Assembly: GCA_034521515.1 (NCBI GenBank)
Contig: JAXHMH010000004.1
Location: 64,485-128,484, forward strand
DNA length: 64,000 nt
Origin: Candidatus Saccharimonadota bacterium
GTDB lineage: Bacteria; Patescibacteriota; Saccharimonadia; Saccharimonadales; JAXHMH01
Reading direction: 5' to 3'
The notes below the pieces were generated by a model. It worked only from the letters and a program-made list of their open reading frames with translations. It was not told where the DNA came from and did not search any database. How positions within the stretch are numbered: the first letter of the stretch is position 1; each line of letters starts with the position of its first letter. A program made the translations under genes and the position numbers. Positions 49,162 through 58,139 of the stretch are shown here, in pieces.

Positions 49162-49821
49162 ATGAAACAAGAGCTTGCACGCACGGCGTTGATACTACTA
49201 TATGGGTTTCCTGGATCCGGTAAGACATTTTTTGCTAGACAATTCTGTGATGACTTCAAAGCGGCGCATGTTCAAGATGACCGCATACGTAATGAACTGT
49301 TTGAAAACCCAAGGTATGACAAACAAGAGAATCAGGTAGTTAACCACCTAATGACTTACATGGCAGAAGAATTTTTAGAAGCGGGCGTCAGTGTTGTTTT
49401 TGACACCAATGCAATGAGAGTAAGCCAGCGCAGAAAACTTCGTGAATTAGCTAGAAAGTCCAAGGCGCGTTGTATGCTTATATGGTCACAGATAGATACC
49501 GAAACTGCTTTCACGAGAACCACTAAACGGGATAGGCGAAAATCCGACGATAAATATGCACAAGAAATTGACCGCGCAAAGTTTGACGCTATAAGTCAAA
49601 ATATGCAAAATCCTGAGCCGACCGAAGACTACGTAGTTATTAGTGGTAAGCATACCTTTAAGACACAACGGCACATGGTTGCTAAGAAAATGTACGATAT
49701 AGGTCTGATTAGCCCTGACTTACGCGATGCCAATGCTGTTAAACCTGGCATGGTTAATCTGGTTCCGCCGCGTTCAGCCGGCCGCGTTGACTCTAGCCGA
49801 CGTAATATTAGTATTAGGTAA
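49162..49821 (+). CDS. P-loop kinase (AAA_33 / zeta-toxin-like fold)
   Basis: 219 aa; LLYGFPGSGKTFFARQF Walker A; function unknown. Confidence 0.65.
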   Translation: MKQELARTALILLYGFPGSGKTFFARQFCDDFKAAHVQDDRIRNELFENPRYDKQENQVVNHLMTYMAEEFLEAGVSVVFDTNAMRVSQRRKLRELARKSKARCMLIWSQIDTETAFTRTTKRDRRKSDDKYAQEIDRAKFDAISQNMQNPEPTEDYVVISGKHTFKTQRHMVAKKMYDIGLISPDLRDANAVKPGMVNLVPPRSAGRVDSSRRNISIR

Positions 49822-49828
49822 CATAGTA

Positions 49829-50551
49829 ATGGCTACCAGACAGGTACAGGTTTATGGCGTCGGAAACGTACAGTTCAGAAAGAATCGACGATCAAAATCA
49901 ATAAAATTAAGTATTACACATGACGGCAAGGTAAATGTATCGCTGCCGTCATGGGTTCCTTACAGGTTCGCAGAGCGTTTTGTCGCCCAAAAAAGACAAT
50001 GGATTATTCAAAATAAAATTGATCCGGTTGTTATGCAACACGGACTGAAAATCGGCAAACTGCACACACTGATATATAAAACATCACATACTGCAGCAAG
50101 GGCTACGAGTAGAATAAATAATAATGAAGTTATTATTTTTAGACCTGCTTCAAATTTAGCCGACACGAACCAAATCCATGCTGTTACGCAGCGTGCAATT
50201 GACAGAGCCCTACAGATTCAGGCACAAGCATTGCTAGCCAATCGACTTACTGATCTAGCAGAAAGTAATGGTTTTGTATACCAGGCGGCCTCTATTAAAA
50301 AACTAAAAAGTCGTTGGGGAAGTTGTAGCCACGACAAGCATATTGTTCTCAACCGATATCTTGTTCAATTACCTTGGGAACTTATCGATTACGTTATACT
50401 ACATGAGTTAGTCCATACCGAAATTATGCAACACGGACGACCTTTTTGGACTGAGCTTGCGAAATATGTTGACGACCTCCCCAGCAAGCGCAAAAGAATG
50501 CGACAACAAAGACCGCACATTTACACAAACATCGACCAATCTGTGGCATAA
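49829..50551 (+). CDS. YgjP/DUF45 (M48-like) metal-dependent hydrolase
   Basis: WGSCSHDKHIVLN...ILHELVHTE (HExxH); ATG 49829 (ORF-track start 49727 lies inside the upstream gene). Confidence 0.75.
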   Translation: MATRQVQVYGVGNVQFRKNRRSKSIKLSITHDGKVNVSLPSWVPYRFAERFVAQKRQWIIQNKIDPVVMQHGLKIGKLHTLIYKTSHTAARATSRINNNEVIIFRPASNLADTNQIHAVTQRAIDRALQIQAQALLANRLTDLAESNGFVYQAASIKKLKSRWGSCSHDKHIVLNRYLVQLPWELIDYVILHELVHTEIMQHGRPFWTELAKYVDDLPSKRKRMRQQRPHIYTNIDQSVA

Positions 50552-50597
50552 TAGAGCTAGTGTTTAATATTACATAGGTAAAGGTGTATTTTTTTAT

Positions 50598-51710
50598 ATG
50601 CTCCAAGACAGCAACCTGCCAACCCAAAACCCAAACGATGCTGAACTAGAACGAGAACGACTGGTTAGCTTAATCAACAGTATGGCTGACGGTGTTATTG
50701 CTGTCGACGAACAGGCTCAAATATTGGTGACTAACGGAGCAGCGCTCAATATTCTTGATGTGAACAGTTCACTTGTCGGTAAGCCGCTTGCTGAAGTATT
50801 AAATATTATTGACAAAGACAATCACGCAGTCGATATACAAAATATAGTACTAAATACCAAAACGCAGCTAACATCCCGTGATTGGCGCATGGTGTATGTC
50901 GACGGCGAAAAAATCAATCTTTACGCCAGTATTGCACCGGTTCGTCTTGGTTTTGGTAAAAAAGGTATGCGAGGCCACGTAGTGCTGCTGCGTGATATTA
51001 CTCGTGAGAAATCTCTAGAAGAAGAACGGGATGAATTTATTGGTGTTGTAAGTCATGAGCTGCGAACACCAATTTCTATTGCCGAGGGAAACATTGGCAA
51101 CGCCGAGTTTTTGTATGCTAAATCATCAACTAAAGATCCAGTAGTCGTCGAGGCTCTAAAACAAGCTCATACGCAAATAACATTTTTAGCCGGACTAATT
51201 AACGATTTATCGACTTTATCACGTGCAGAACGCGGTAAATTGCAGGTAGAAGTAGAATCGGTTAATGCTCACGATCTGGTTGTCGAGCTTTGTCAAGCAT
51301 ACACTAAGGATGCCGAGAAAAAAGGCTTAAATATCACTACAGACATAGATCCTCACCTAGAACTATTAAAAACAAGCAAGTTATACCTGCGTGAAATACT
51401 CCAAAATTTTATAACAAACTCCATAAAATACACCGAACAAGGCAGTGTTACAATTGGAGCTCGATCCAAGGAAAAGGGTGTAGAATTTAGTGTTTCTGAC
51501 ACTGGTATCGGCATAAGTAAGACAGACAAAGAAAAGATTTTTGATAAGTTCTTTCGTAGCGAAGATTATCGTACCCGTGCCAATAGCGGAACTGGGCTGG
51601 GTTTATATGTAACAATGAAGCTGGCTCGTTTGATTCATGCTGAAATTAACATGGAGAGTGAACTCAACCAGGGTTCTACGTTTACTATTTTTGTACCAGA
51701 TCTAAGTTAG
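50598..51710 (+). CDS. cytoplasmic PAS-domain sensor histidine kinase (orphan)
   Basis: 370 aa; PAS-like N-terminus, H-box VSHELRTPISIAEG, HATPase_c N/G boxes (DTGIGI, GTGLGL); no TM segment; no adjacent response regulator. Confidence 0.85.
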   Translation: MLQDSNLPTQNPNDAELERERLVSLINSMADGVIAVDEQAQILVTNGAALNILDVNSSLVGKPLAEVLNIIDKDNHAVDIQNIVLNTKTQLTSRDWRMVYVDGEKINLYASIAPVRLGFGKKGMRGHVVLLRDITREKSLEEERDEFIGVVSHELRTPISIAEGNIGNAEFLYAKSSTKDPVVVEALKQAHTQITFLAGLINDLSTLSRAERGKLQVEVESVNAHDLVVELCQAYTKDAEKKGLNITTDIDPHLELLKTSKLYLREILQNFITNSIKYTEQGSVTIGARSKEKGVEFSVSDTGIGISKTDKEKIFDKFFRSEDYRTRANSGTGLGLYVTMKLARLIHAEINMESELNQGSTFTIFVPDLS

Positions 51711-53260
51711 CCTGTCCGCTTTGGTATCTTGGGAAGATGCGGGATGGCAGTCATGACAGGTATGCATACGTTTCGGTCTTTCCATTTAACCTCACTAAAT
51801 TCATACCTAAACATAGACAAATGAGCTATATATATTTCGGTAATGACCGCAATAGGAAAGTTTATAAGTGCAACGGCAACACTTGCAGGATTGCTAACCA
51901 CCATAATCAAATAATGAACGCTGATATAAACTGCACAAGCAAGCAGTGCCAGCCAATGATAAGCACCGAAACCAGTTATCACTCCAGACAACATATACAA
52001 GAACGGGAAGACTACACCAATGGCTTGTATAGCTGTAACAATACAAATAAATTCAGGGCGCTGCTTTACTTGAGGGTAGCGCATTCGAACAGCAGTTTGT
52101 AGTTGCTGCTCGACAGTTTTAACTGTACGAAGGTTTAATGATTCGTTCGCCCGCATAAATGAATATTTGCCGGTTTTAGCAATCTCACGTGCAAAAAATC
52201 CTTCGGGTAAAATTGACTGGCGTACTCCCTGAAACCCTCCGAGCTTTTTGGCGACCCGGCGTCGAACTGCCCAGCAGGTACTTAATACCGGCGGACGGTT
52301 TTTGTAGCTTCTCGGTAGAGCTAACTCCCACCAGTAACGGAGTGGCTGGATGAATGATGTCCTGACACCTCCACCTATTCTGAGCGGCATAACACTGATC
52401 ATATCTCGCCCGTTTTCAATGAATGAATCGACAAGATTTCGTATGGCACTAGAGCCAAACCGAACATCAACGCCACAAAATACTACAATTTCACCAGTAG
52501 CCTCATCTAGTAATTTGTCATAGGCCTGATTCTTGGCAAGCCACCCAAAGGCCGGTTCTTCACCGTTAATGAAGCGAACTCCATCGTGCGCAAAATCTTT
52601 AATTATAGCCGCTGTTTGATCCTGCGAACAGTCGTCCAGCACAAGTATTTCAAGCTTAGGATAGTTGTTAGCAAGTATTGATTCCAAACAAGCTGATAGA
52701 TCAGGCGTTTCGTTACGAGCCGGGATTGCTACCGTAACGGTTGGAAGCTGCTTATCTGTTAAATGAGTGCTTGCCTTACGGTGGTTAGTTTCAAATATAT
52801 TCCAACTTGTTATTGCCAATAACGCAATTCCGGCAATTATCTGCGAACTCAACAAGATAACTAGTAGATCAACAGAAGAAATATGACTCACGATTGTCTC
52901 TATAAAAACCAATATCCCAAGTTGTAGTGTAACTAGAGTGTAACTTGTCTGACGTGTTGACTTGTATAACCGTGCCTGTGGGTGACGTTCTTTCGCTATG
53001 CGTAGCAGATTAAACATCCGGTATGCGGATATAAAACAAATAGCTAGCCAGAACGCATAGCCGGCACTCACGTATGACATGCCAGTCCATAAGCCAAGGA
53101 ATGAGATTGCCGGAATCAGCAAAATGCGGCGATACCTCCAGGCTTTAGGAGTTGATGAGATCAGTAACTCAAACGCTGCACTTAGTCCAAAAATTACAAA
53201 TACCATGTTGCTTATGACTATACAGTAATTACATAAAAATGCGGAGACGAATGTGATCAA
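51707..53260 (-). CDS. polytopic family-2 glycosyltransferase
   Basis: 517 aa; TM helices flank a GT2 core (VTVAIPARNE, LVLDDCSQD); start uncertain (TTG 53260 or ATG 53206). Confidence 0.75.
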   Translation of the reverse strand: MITFVSAFLCNYCIVISNMVFVIFGLSAAFELLISSTPKAWRYRRILLIPAISFLGLWTGMSYVSAGYAFWLAICFISAYRMFNLLRIAKERHPQARLYKSTRQTSYTLVTLQLGILVFIETIVSHISSVDLLVILLSSQIIAGIALLAITSWNIFETNHRKASTHLTDKQLPTVTVAIPARNETPDLSACLESILANNYPKLEILVLDDCSQDQTAAIIKDFAHDGVRFINGEEPAFGWLAKNQAYDKLLDEATGEIVVFCGVDVRFGSSAIRNLVDSFIENGRDMISVMPLRIGGGVRTSFIQPLRYWWELALPRSYKNRPPVLSTCWAVRRRVAKKLGGFQGVRQSILPEGFFAREIAKTGKYSFMRANESLNLRTVKTVEQQLQTAVRMRYPQVKQRPEFICIVTAIQAIGVVFPFLYMLSGVITGFGAYHWLALLACAVYISVHYLIMVVSNPASVAVALINFPIAVITEIYIAHLSMFRYEFSEVKWKDRNVCIPVMTAIPHLPKIPKRTG

Positions 53261-53282
53261 AAATTAAGGTGAAACGATTTAC

Positions 53283-53311
53283 TTGACGTTTCCTACAGCA
53301 CAGGATACTAT
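53283..53311 (+). promoter_or_regulatory. putative promoter upstream of secE-nusG
   Basis: TTGACG (53283-88), 17 nt, TACTAT (53306-11). Confidence 0.45.
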
Positions 53312-53322
53312 TGACTTGTGCG

Positions 53323-53348
53323 AACCTACTGTTTAAGTAGGTTTTTTT
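53323..53348 (+). terminator. promoter-proximal terminator-like hairpin
   Basis: AACCTACT-GTTTA-AGTAGGTT followed by TTTTTT, only about 12 nt after the -10 box. Confidence 0.45.
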
Positions 53349-53379
53349 AATGGGATGAGCCCAATGGGAGTACATAAAA

Positions 53380-53778
53380 GTGGTTGATAAAGAAAAAATA
53401 CCTCGGCGAGTCAAAAAAACCGAGACAATTAGAGAAAAGGCTAACAAGCCGGTTAAAGAAAAGCCTCGTCGAATAATTAAAGCTGCAGATAAAGCAACTC
53501 AACCAGTAAAAAAAGCTGGCAGAGCCGGCAGAAAAGAGTTCCATCTGCCAATACCAGACAATAAGCTCGGTAGGTTTTTAAAGCGACGTGTTAGAATTAT
53601 TCCACCATATTTTATAGAATCTTGGAACGAGCTAAAACAGGTAACCAGACCAACCCGTCGAGAGACTATACGATTAACAATTGCTGTGTTGCTTTTTGCC
53701 GTATTTTTTGGAGGCGTAATTTATGTCGTCGACCTTGGATTAGAAAAAATATTTAGAGAGGTATTAATAGGATCATGA
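53380..53778 (+). CDS. secE: preprotein translocase subunit SecE (long basic N-terminal extension)
   Basis: WNELKQVTRPTRRET plus a single TM helix at the C-terminus; GTG start. Confidence 0.85.
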   Translation: MVDKEKIPRRVKKTETIREKANKPVKEKPRRIIKAADKATQPVKKAGRAGRKEFHLPIPDNKLGRFLKRRVRIIPPYFIESWNELKQVTRPTRRETIRLTIAVLLFAVFFGGVIYVVDLGLEKIFREVLIGS

Positions 53779-54317
53779 GTAAACGATACAACTCACATAA
53801 AAACTGGTATGCCATCCATACCTACAGTGGCTACGAAGAGAAAGTAGCCGAATCTATCAGGCAGCGCGCGGAAAGCCTGGATATGAAAGATAAGATTTTC
53901 CAGGTATTGGTGCCAAAAGAAAAAATGATTGAAGTTAAAAATGGCAAACGAAAGGTCGTCGAAAAACGTATTTTCCAAGGCTACGTTATGGTTCAAATGA
54001 AAATGAGCGAAGACGCCTGGTATATCGTACGGAACACACCATCTGTTACCGGCTTCGTGGGCAGCGGTAGTGACCCTAGCCCAGTTTCTGATGATGAGAT
54101 GGACAAGATCATGAAACGCATGGGTAGAGATGAGCCTAAGCATAAGATTGACTATAAAGAAGGTGAAGTTGTAAATATTATCGACGGACCCTTCAAAGGC
54201 TTCGATGGAACTATCAATGAGATTGATGAGCAAAAAGGAAAACTCAAGGTGCTGGTTAATATGTTTGGCCGCGAAACCCCTGTCGAACTAGACAGCTTAC
54301 AAGTTAAGCGAGTCTAA
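53775..54317 (+). CDS. nusG: transcription termination/antitermination factor NusG
   Basis: NGN KNWYAIHTYSGYEEKV, KOW GEVVNIIDGPFKGFDGTI. Confidence 0.95.
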   Translation: MSKRYNSHKNWYAIHTYSGYEEKVAESIRQRAESLDMKDKIFQVLVPKEKMIEVKNGKRKVVEKRIFQGYVMVQMKMSEDAWYIVRNTPSVTGFVGSGSDPSPVSDDEMDKIMKRMGRDEPKHKIDYKEGEVVNIIDGPFKGFDGTINEIDEQKGKLKVLVNMFGRETPVELDSLQVKRV

Positions 54318-54320
54318 AGT

Positions 54321-54482
54321 ATGCTAGAAATTGACGGCGTTCGAGCAACACTGTCTCACGATCCTAGAGTAGAGCTAGCGATTGATTTATCTACGCGCCC
54401 AGGCAGAGCAAACAAAGCTAGAATAGAGACGCATCTAGCGAAGCTATTAGACTACGATGAAGTTGTTGGAGAGATACTTTAA
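54321..54482 (+). CDS. 53-aa hypothetical ORF directly after nusG
   Basis: Below the ORF-track cutoff; ATG 3 nt after the nusG stop; MLEIDGVRATLSHDPRVELAIDLSTRPGRANKARIETHLAKLLDYDEVVGEIL; no SD. Confidence 0.25.
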   Translation: MLEIDGVRATLSHDPRVELAIDLSTRPGRANKARIETHLAKLLDYDEVVGEIL

Positions 54483-54648
54483 AAGACAATGAAACATCTG
54501 GCTTAGAAGGCGTTTCTGAAGCCTACGCGTTAACCATCGCACAGATTAGAGATATAATCGCTATTGAGCTTAGGGAAAAGAGAAGCCCGAGACTTGAGCT
54601 TGGCTCAAGCCCGGCGCGATGAGAAAAACCGTAGGTTTGTCTCATGGG

Positions 54649-54677
54649 TAGACAACAGAGGTAGACTGTAGTATAAT
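54649..54677 (+). promoter_or_regulatory. putative rplK promoter
   Basis: TAGACA (54649-54), 17 nt, TATAAT (54672-77); about 115-nt leader with GCGGTC-AAA-GACCGC hairpin. Confidence 0.5.
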
Positions 54678-54796
54678 CCTCAAGTTACGCACTAAGCGGT
54701 CAAAGACCGCAGTAGATGGCAATAAGTAAAATGCAGCTGGGTCGCTTCACCTTTTGCTTTTTACATTTTACTAACTACTAATTTACGGAGTTATTT

Positions 54797-55231
54797 ATGG
54801 CTGAGAAAAAGGCTGTTAAAGCAAATATCAAAATGAAACTTAAAGGCGGACAAGCCAGTGCTGCGCCTCCGGTCGGGAGTGTTCTTGGGCAATACGGTGT
54901 AAACATGATGGATTTTATAAATCCATTTAATGAAGCTACTAAGGATAAGATGGGCCTGGATGTGACAGTCCATATCGCAATATACACTGATAAAACTATT
55001 AATTGGCGAGTTGTAGGCACCCCGACAGACGATCTTATTCGTAAGGCTTTGGGCATTTCGAAGGGTTCTGGTAAGCCAAATACCGATAAACTACCCAAGA
55101 AATTGTCAGATGCTCAGCTTGCAGAAATTGCCGAAACTAAAGCAGAAGACATGAATACCGATGACATTGATGCTGTTAAACGCATGGTCGCTGGCACCGC
55201 CCGCTCTATGGGTGTAGAGGTAGAGGGCTAA
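54797..55231 (+). CDS. rplK: 50S ribosomal protein L11
   Basis: PPVGSVLGQYGVN, 144 aa. Confidence 0.96.
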   Translation: MAEKKAVKANIKMKLKGGQASAAPPVGSVLGQYGVNMMDFINPFNEATKDKMGLDVTVHIAIYTDKTINWRVVGTPTDDLIRKALGISKGSGKPNTDKLPKKLSDAQLAEIAETKAEDMNTDDIDAVKRMVAGTARSMGVEVEG

Positions 55232-55236
55232 CTATT

Positions 55237-55395
55237 ATGACTAGGGAAACTATCCATATCGCTGGCCTAGTTGAAATTTTAAATTCTGACAAATCCTGGG
55301 ATGAGCGCGAAGATCAAGTGAGGTCATTAGTAGAAATGCTGAGTGTACTGGGGATGTACGAGAAGCAACTGGCAGAGTACCAATGTGACTGGTAA
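55237..55395 (+). CDS. 52-aa hypothetical ORF between rplK and rplA
   Basis: Below the ORF-track cutoff; ATG 5 nt after the rplK stop; MTRETIHIAGLVEILNSDKSWDEREDQVRSLVEMLSVLGMYEKQLAEYQCDW. Confidence 0.25.
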   Translation: MTRETIHIAGLVEILNSDKSWDEREDQVRSLVEMLSVLGMYEKQLAEYQCDW

Positions 55396-55623
55396 CGCTG
55401 GGCATTCATGATCAGAATCTTGAGATTGTCACGCGGCTGTTCGGTGCCGAATGCTGCATGCTCATGTGTTGCCAGACGGAAGCATTTACCATTGTAGGCA
55501 TCCGTACAGAATTTAATAATTAATAATTTGTGGGACCCGGCCTTCCACAGGAAAGCCGGGGTTAATACCACGACCCCAACAGTAAACACGAAAGTTACCG
55601 TGGGGCAGAAAGGATAAGACATT

Positions 55624-56586
55624 ATGGCAAAAAAAGCAGAATTACTTGAGGAAGCAAAAGCCTTAAAGCTTGATGTTAATCAAAAAAACACCATTGCTGA
55701 AATTGAGGCAGCCATACAGAGCCATGAGCAAGGAGCTGTGAGTAATGAGGAAGCTCAAGGCTCTGACGACAAGGTCGTCGTTGCCAAGGCCGGCAAGCGA
55801 AGTGCCAAGGCTATAAAAGAGGCAGAAGAACTACAGGCCAAAGAAGAGCGCAAAGCACAAACTGCAACAGACGAAGAAACTACAGCCAAAAAGACCCACA
55901 AACCAGCTCGTTCACGACTAGAACGCCGAGCTAAAGGGTACAAAAACGTACAAAAACTTATAGAGGCAGGCAAACAGTATGGCGTGGCTGATGCTGTTGA
56001 GTTAGCGAGCAAAACCAGCCCGGTCAAATTCGATGCTACGGTTGAACTTCACGTTAATCTAAATGTAGATCCGAGACAGGCTGATCAAAATATCCGTGAT
56101 ACAGTTGTTTTGCCAGCAGGGACAGGCAAAGAAACAAGAGTGGCGGTGTTTGCCGATACCGCAGGCGTCGCAACAGCAAAAAAAGCGGGGGCAGACATTG
56201 CGGGAGAAGATGAATTATTACAACAACTGGATAAAGAACAGTTCGATTTTGATGTGCTCATTGCAACTCCAACAACTATGCCGAAACTAGGTAAATATGC
56301 TCGATTGCTTGGGCCAAAAGGACTTATGCCGAACCCAAAAAGCGGCACCGTAACAACCGACATAGCCAAAGCTGTTGAAGAAGCGAAAGCTGGTAGAGTT
56401 GAATATCGTGTTGATAGTACCGGAATTATCCATATGGCCGTTGGTAAAGTGAGCTTTGGTAAACATAAGCTTTTTGATAACGCACGTGCAGCCATCAAGA
56501 GCATTAGGGGTAACAAGCCAGCTAGCGTAAAGTCGTCATTCATTACATCAGCTCACGTTACAACCAAGTACTGCCCGATTCCATAA
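55624..56586 (+). CDS. rplA: 50S ribosomal protein L1 with a roughly 95-aa N-terminal extension; 3' end apparently frameshifted
   Basis: uL1 core from about residue 100 (KFDATVELHVNLNVDPRQADQNIRDTVVLPAGTGK). The ORF ends ...HVTTKYCPIP, whereas the -1 frame continues ...SIKVDVNDVNAL to 56618. Confidence 0.85.
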   Translation: MAKKAELLEEAKALKLDVNQKNTIAEIEAAIQSHEQGAVSNEEAQGSDDKVVVAKAGKRSAKAIKEAEELQAKEERKAQTATDEETTAKKTHKPARSRLERRAKGYKNVQKLIEAGKQYGVADAVELASKTSPVKFDATVELHVNLNVDPRQADQNIRDTVVLPAGTGKETRVAVFADTAGVATAKKAGADIAGEDELLQQLDKEQFDFDVLIATPTTMPKLGKYARLLGPKGLMPNPKSGTVTTDIAKAVEEAKAGRVEYRVDSTGIIHMAVGKVSFGKHKLFDNARAAIKSIRGNKPASVKSSFITSAHVTTKYCPIP

Positions 56587-56637
56587 AAGTTGACGTCAAT
56601 GATGTCAACGCGCTTTAGCTTTGCTACAATACAGTCA

Positions 56638-56826
56638 ATGACTAACCGACAGCGACCTTCCAGTATTCGGGTGCAATGCAAGGCGTTTGCGATGCGCGCA
56701 GTAAAGCGTATTTCTGATACGCTGAACGAGCACAGCAACAAACAACAATGCAGTGCCCCGAAAAGTGCTGAAGCAAAACGGGCTTTGCTCGTTTTAGATC
56801 AGCTCTGGTCTGGAGGTCGGGTGTGA
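56638..56826 (+). CDS. 62-aa basic hypothetical ORF coupled to the downstream kinase
   Basis: ATG 56638 within ORF-track 56590..56826; its stop overlaps the GTG start at 56823; TACAAT -10-like box at 56625-30. Confidence 0.3.
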   Translation: MTNRQRPSSIRVQCKAFAMRAVKRISDTLNEHSNKQQCSAPKSAEAKRALLVLDQLWSGGRV

Positions 56827-57584
56827 TTGTTATAGGAATGACCGGCCCAATCGGCCATGGTAAAAGCACCTTTGCTAGCGCCATTAAAGAGCTCGAGCCA
56901 ACAACGATTCATTTAGAGTCTAGTCTGATAATCGCCGAAATAGCTAACGCTATGCACGCAACCTTAACCGATATTCCTGATCCTTACGATGTAAACTCTC
57001 TAAATCAATGGCTCCGGTCACTTCCTGCAATACTACTTGATGTAATGAATGTTAAATGTGACATGAGTCAGATTCGTCTGGATCCGGCTGATATTGAACA
57101 GCATCCCGCCGAATATCAAAAACTCATTTTGCACGTAGAGAACCTGCAACGTGAGCCTCATTTGGCAAAACAAGAGATAACCAAAGACAACAAAGAGGCT
57201 TATCGACCAATGTTGCAATGGTTAGGCGGTTATTTAGTAGAAAAAGTTAAACCCACCATTTGGTATGACGAGGTTGTAAGACGTGTTCAAAAAGCACGAG
57301 AGTCCGGATGCAAACTTGTTATCGTTGGTGGATTACGATACCCGTCAGATGCAACGGCTCTGCGAAAGATCGGTGGAATTATCATCAAGGTTTATCGCCC
57401 CGGTCACTTACAAAACGACATGTTGGATCCAACAGAGCGAGAGCGCGACAATATTAGAGTGGATAGTACTGTGATGAGTAACGGCTCGATTGAAGATGTA
57501 CCTCGTTGCGCAAAACTGATCATCAAAGACATCAAAGCCGACAACCTGCAAACACTCTACCAAACGGTTGACGCCCGTAAATAA
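56823..57584 (+). CDS. P-loop nucleotide kinase, dNMP-kinase/dephospho-CoA-kinase-like
   Basis: 253 aa; IGMTGPIGHGKST Walker A, VIVGGLRYPSDA...IIKVYRP resembles phage-type dNMP kinases; GTG start. Confidence 0.6.
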   Translation: MIVIGMTGPIGHGKSTFASAIKELEPTTIHLESSLIIAEIANAMHATLTDIPDPYDVNSLNQWLRSLPAILLDVMNVKCDMSQIRLDPADIEQHPAEYQKLILHVENLQREPHLAKQEITKDNKEAYRPMLQWLGGYLVEKVKPTIWYDEVVRRVQKARESGCKLVIVGGLRYPSDATALRKIGGIIIKVYRPGHLQNDMLDPTERERDNIRVDSTVMSNGSIEDVPRCAKLIIKDIKADNLQTLYQTVDARK

Positions 57585-57644
57585 CTAGGCACTTGTATCA
57601 AAACTTGCTTAGCATATATTGTTACGCGTACAATACAGTCTATT

Positions 57645-58139
57645 ATGAAAGCTAAAGAGGTGACCAAACGGCCAGATTGGGATCAATATTTTTTTGGAAT
57701 TATGGATTCCGTAGCCACACGAGCAACTTGCGATAGAGGTCGTTCTGGATGTGTAATAACACGAGAAAACCGGATTATCGCTACCGGGTACGTGGGAGCA
57801 CCTCCAGGGTTACCACATTGTGATGAAGTTGGTCATGAATTCATGGAAAGAGTCAATCCGGATGGCTCAAAAAGTACTCATTGTATACGTACTGCTCACG
57901 CTGAAGAGAACACTATTGTTCATGCTGCACGCTTTGGCGTGAAGCTCAAAGGAGCAACCCTGTATTGTAATATGACGCCATGCTATACCTGCGCCAAAAT
58001 GATTGTTACAGCCGGTATTACTCGCGTAGTAATTCGCAATGATTATCACGCTGGTCAAAAGAGTAAAGAAATGTTTGATAACGTGGGTATTGAATGGCAT
58101 CTACTTGATAAAAAAGTAGTAACCTACGAGAAAATGTAA
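57645..58139 (+). CDS. dCMP deaminase (ComEB family)
   Basis: Zinc motifs HAEENT and PCYTCAKMI. Confidence 0.88.
   Translation: MKAKEVTKRPDWDQYFFGIMDSVATRATCDRGRSGCVITRENRIIATGYVGAPPGLPHCDEVGHEFMERVNPDGSKSTHCIRTAHAEENTIVHAARFGVKLKGATLYCNMTPCYTCAKMIVTAGITRVVIRNDYHAGQKSKEMFDNVGIEWHLLDKKVVTYEKM

Noticed and set aside
55314-55622. Minus-strand 102-aa ORF between rplK and rplA
   Set aside because: It lies antisense to the rplA leader hairpins and the 52-aa plus-strand ORF, and has no start context or recognisable family.
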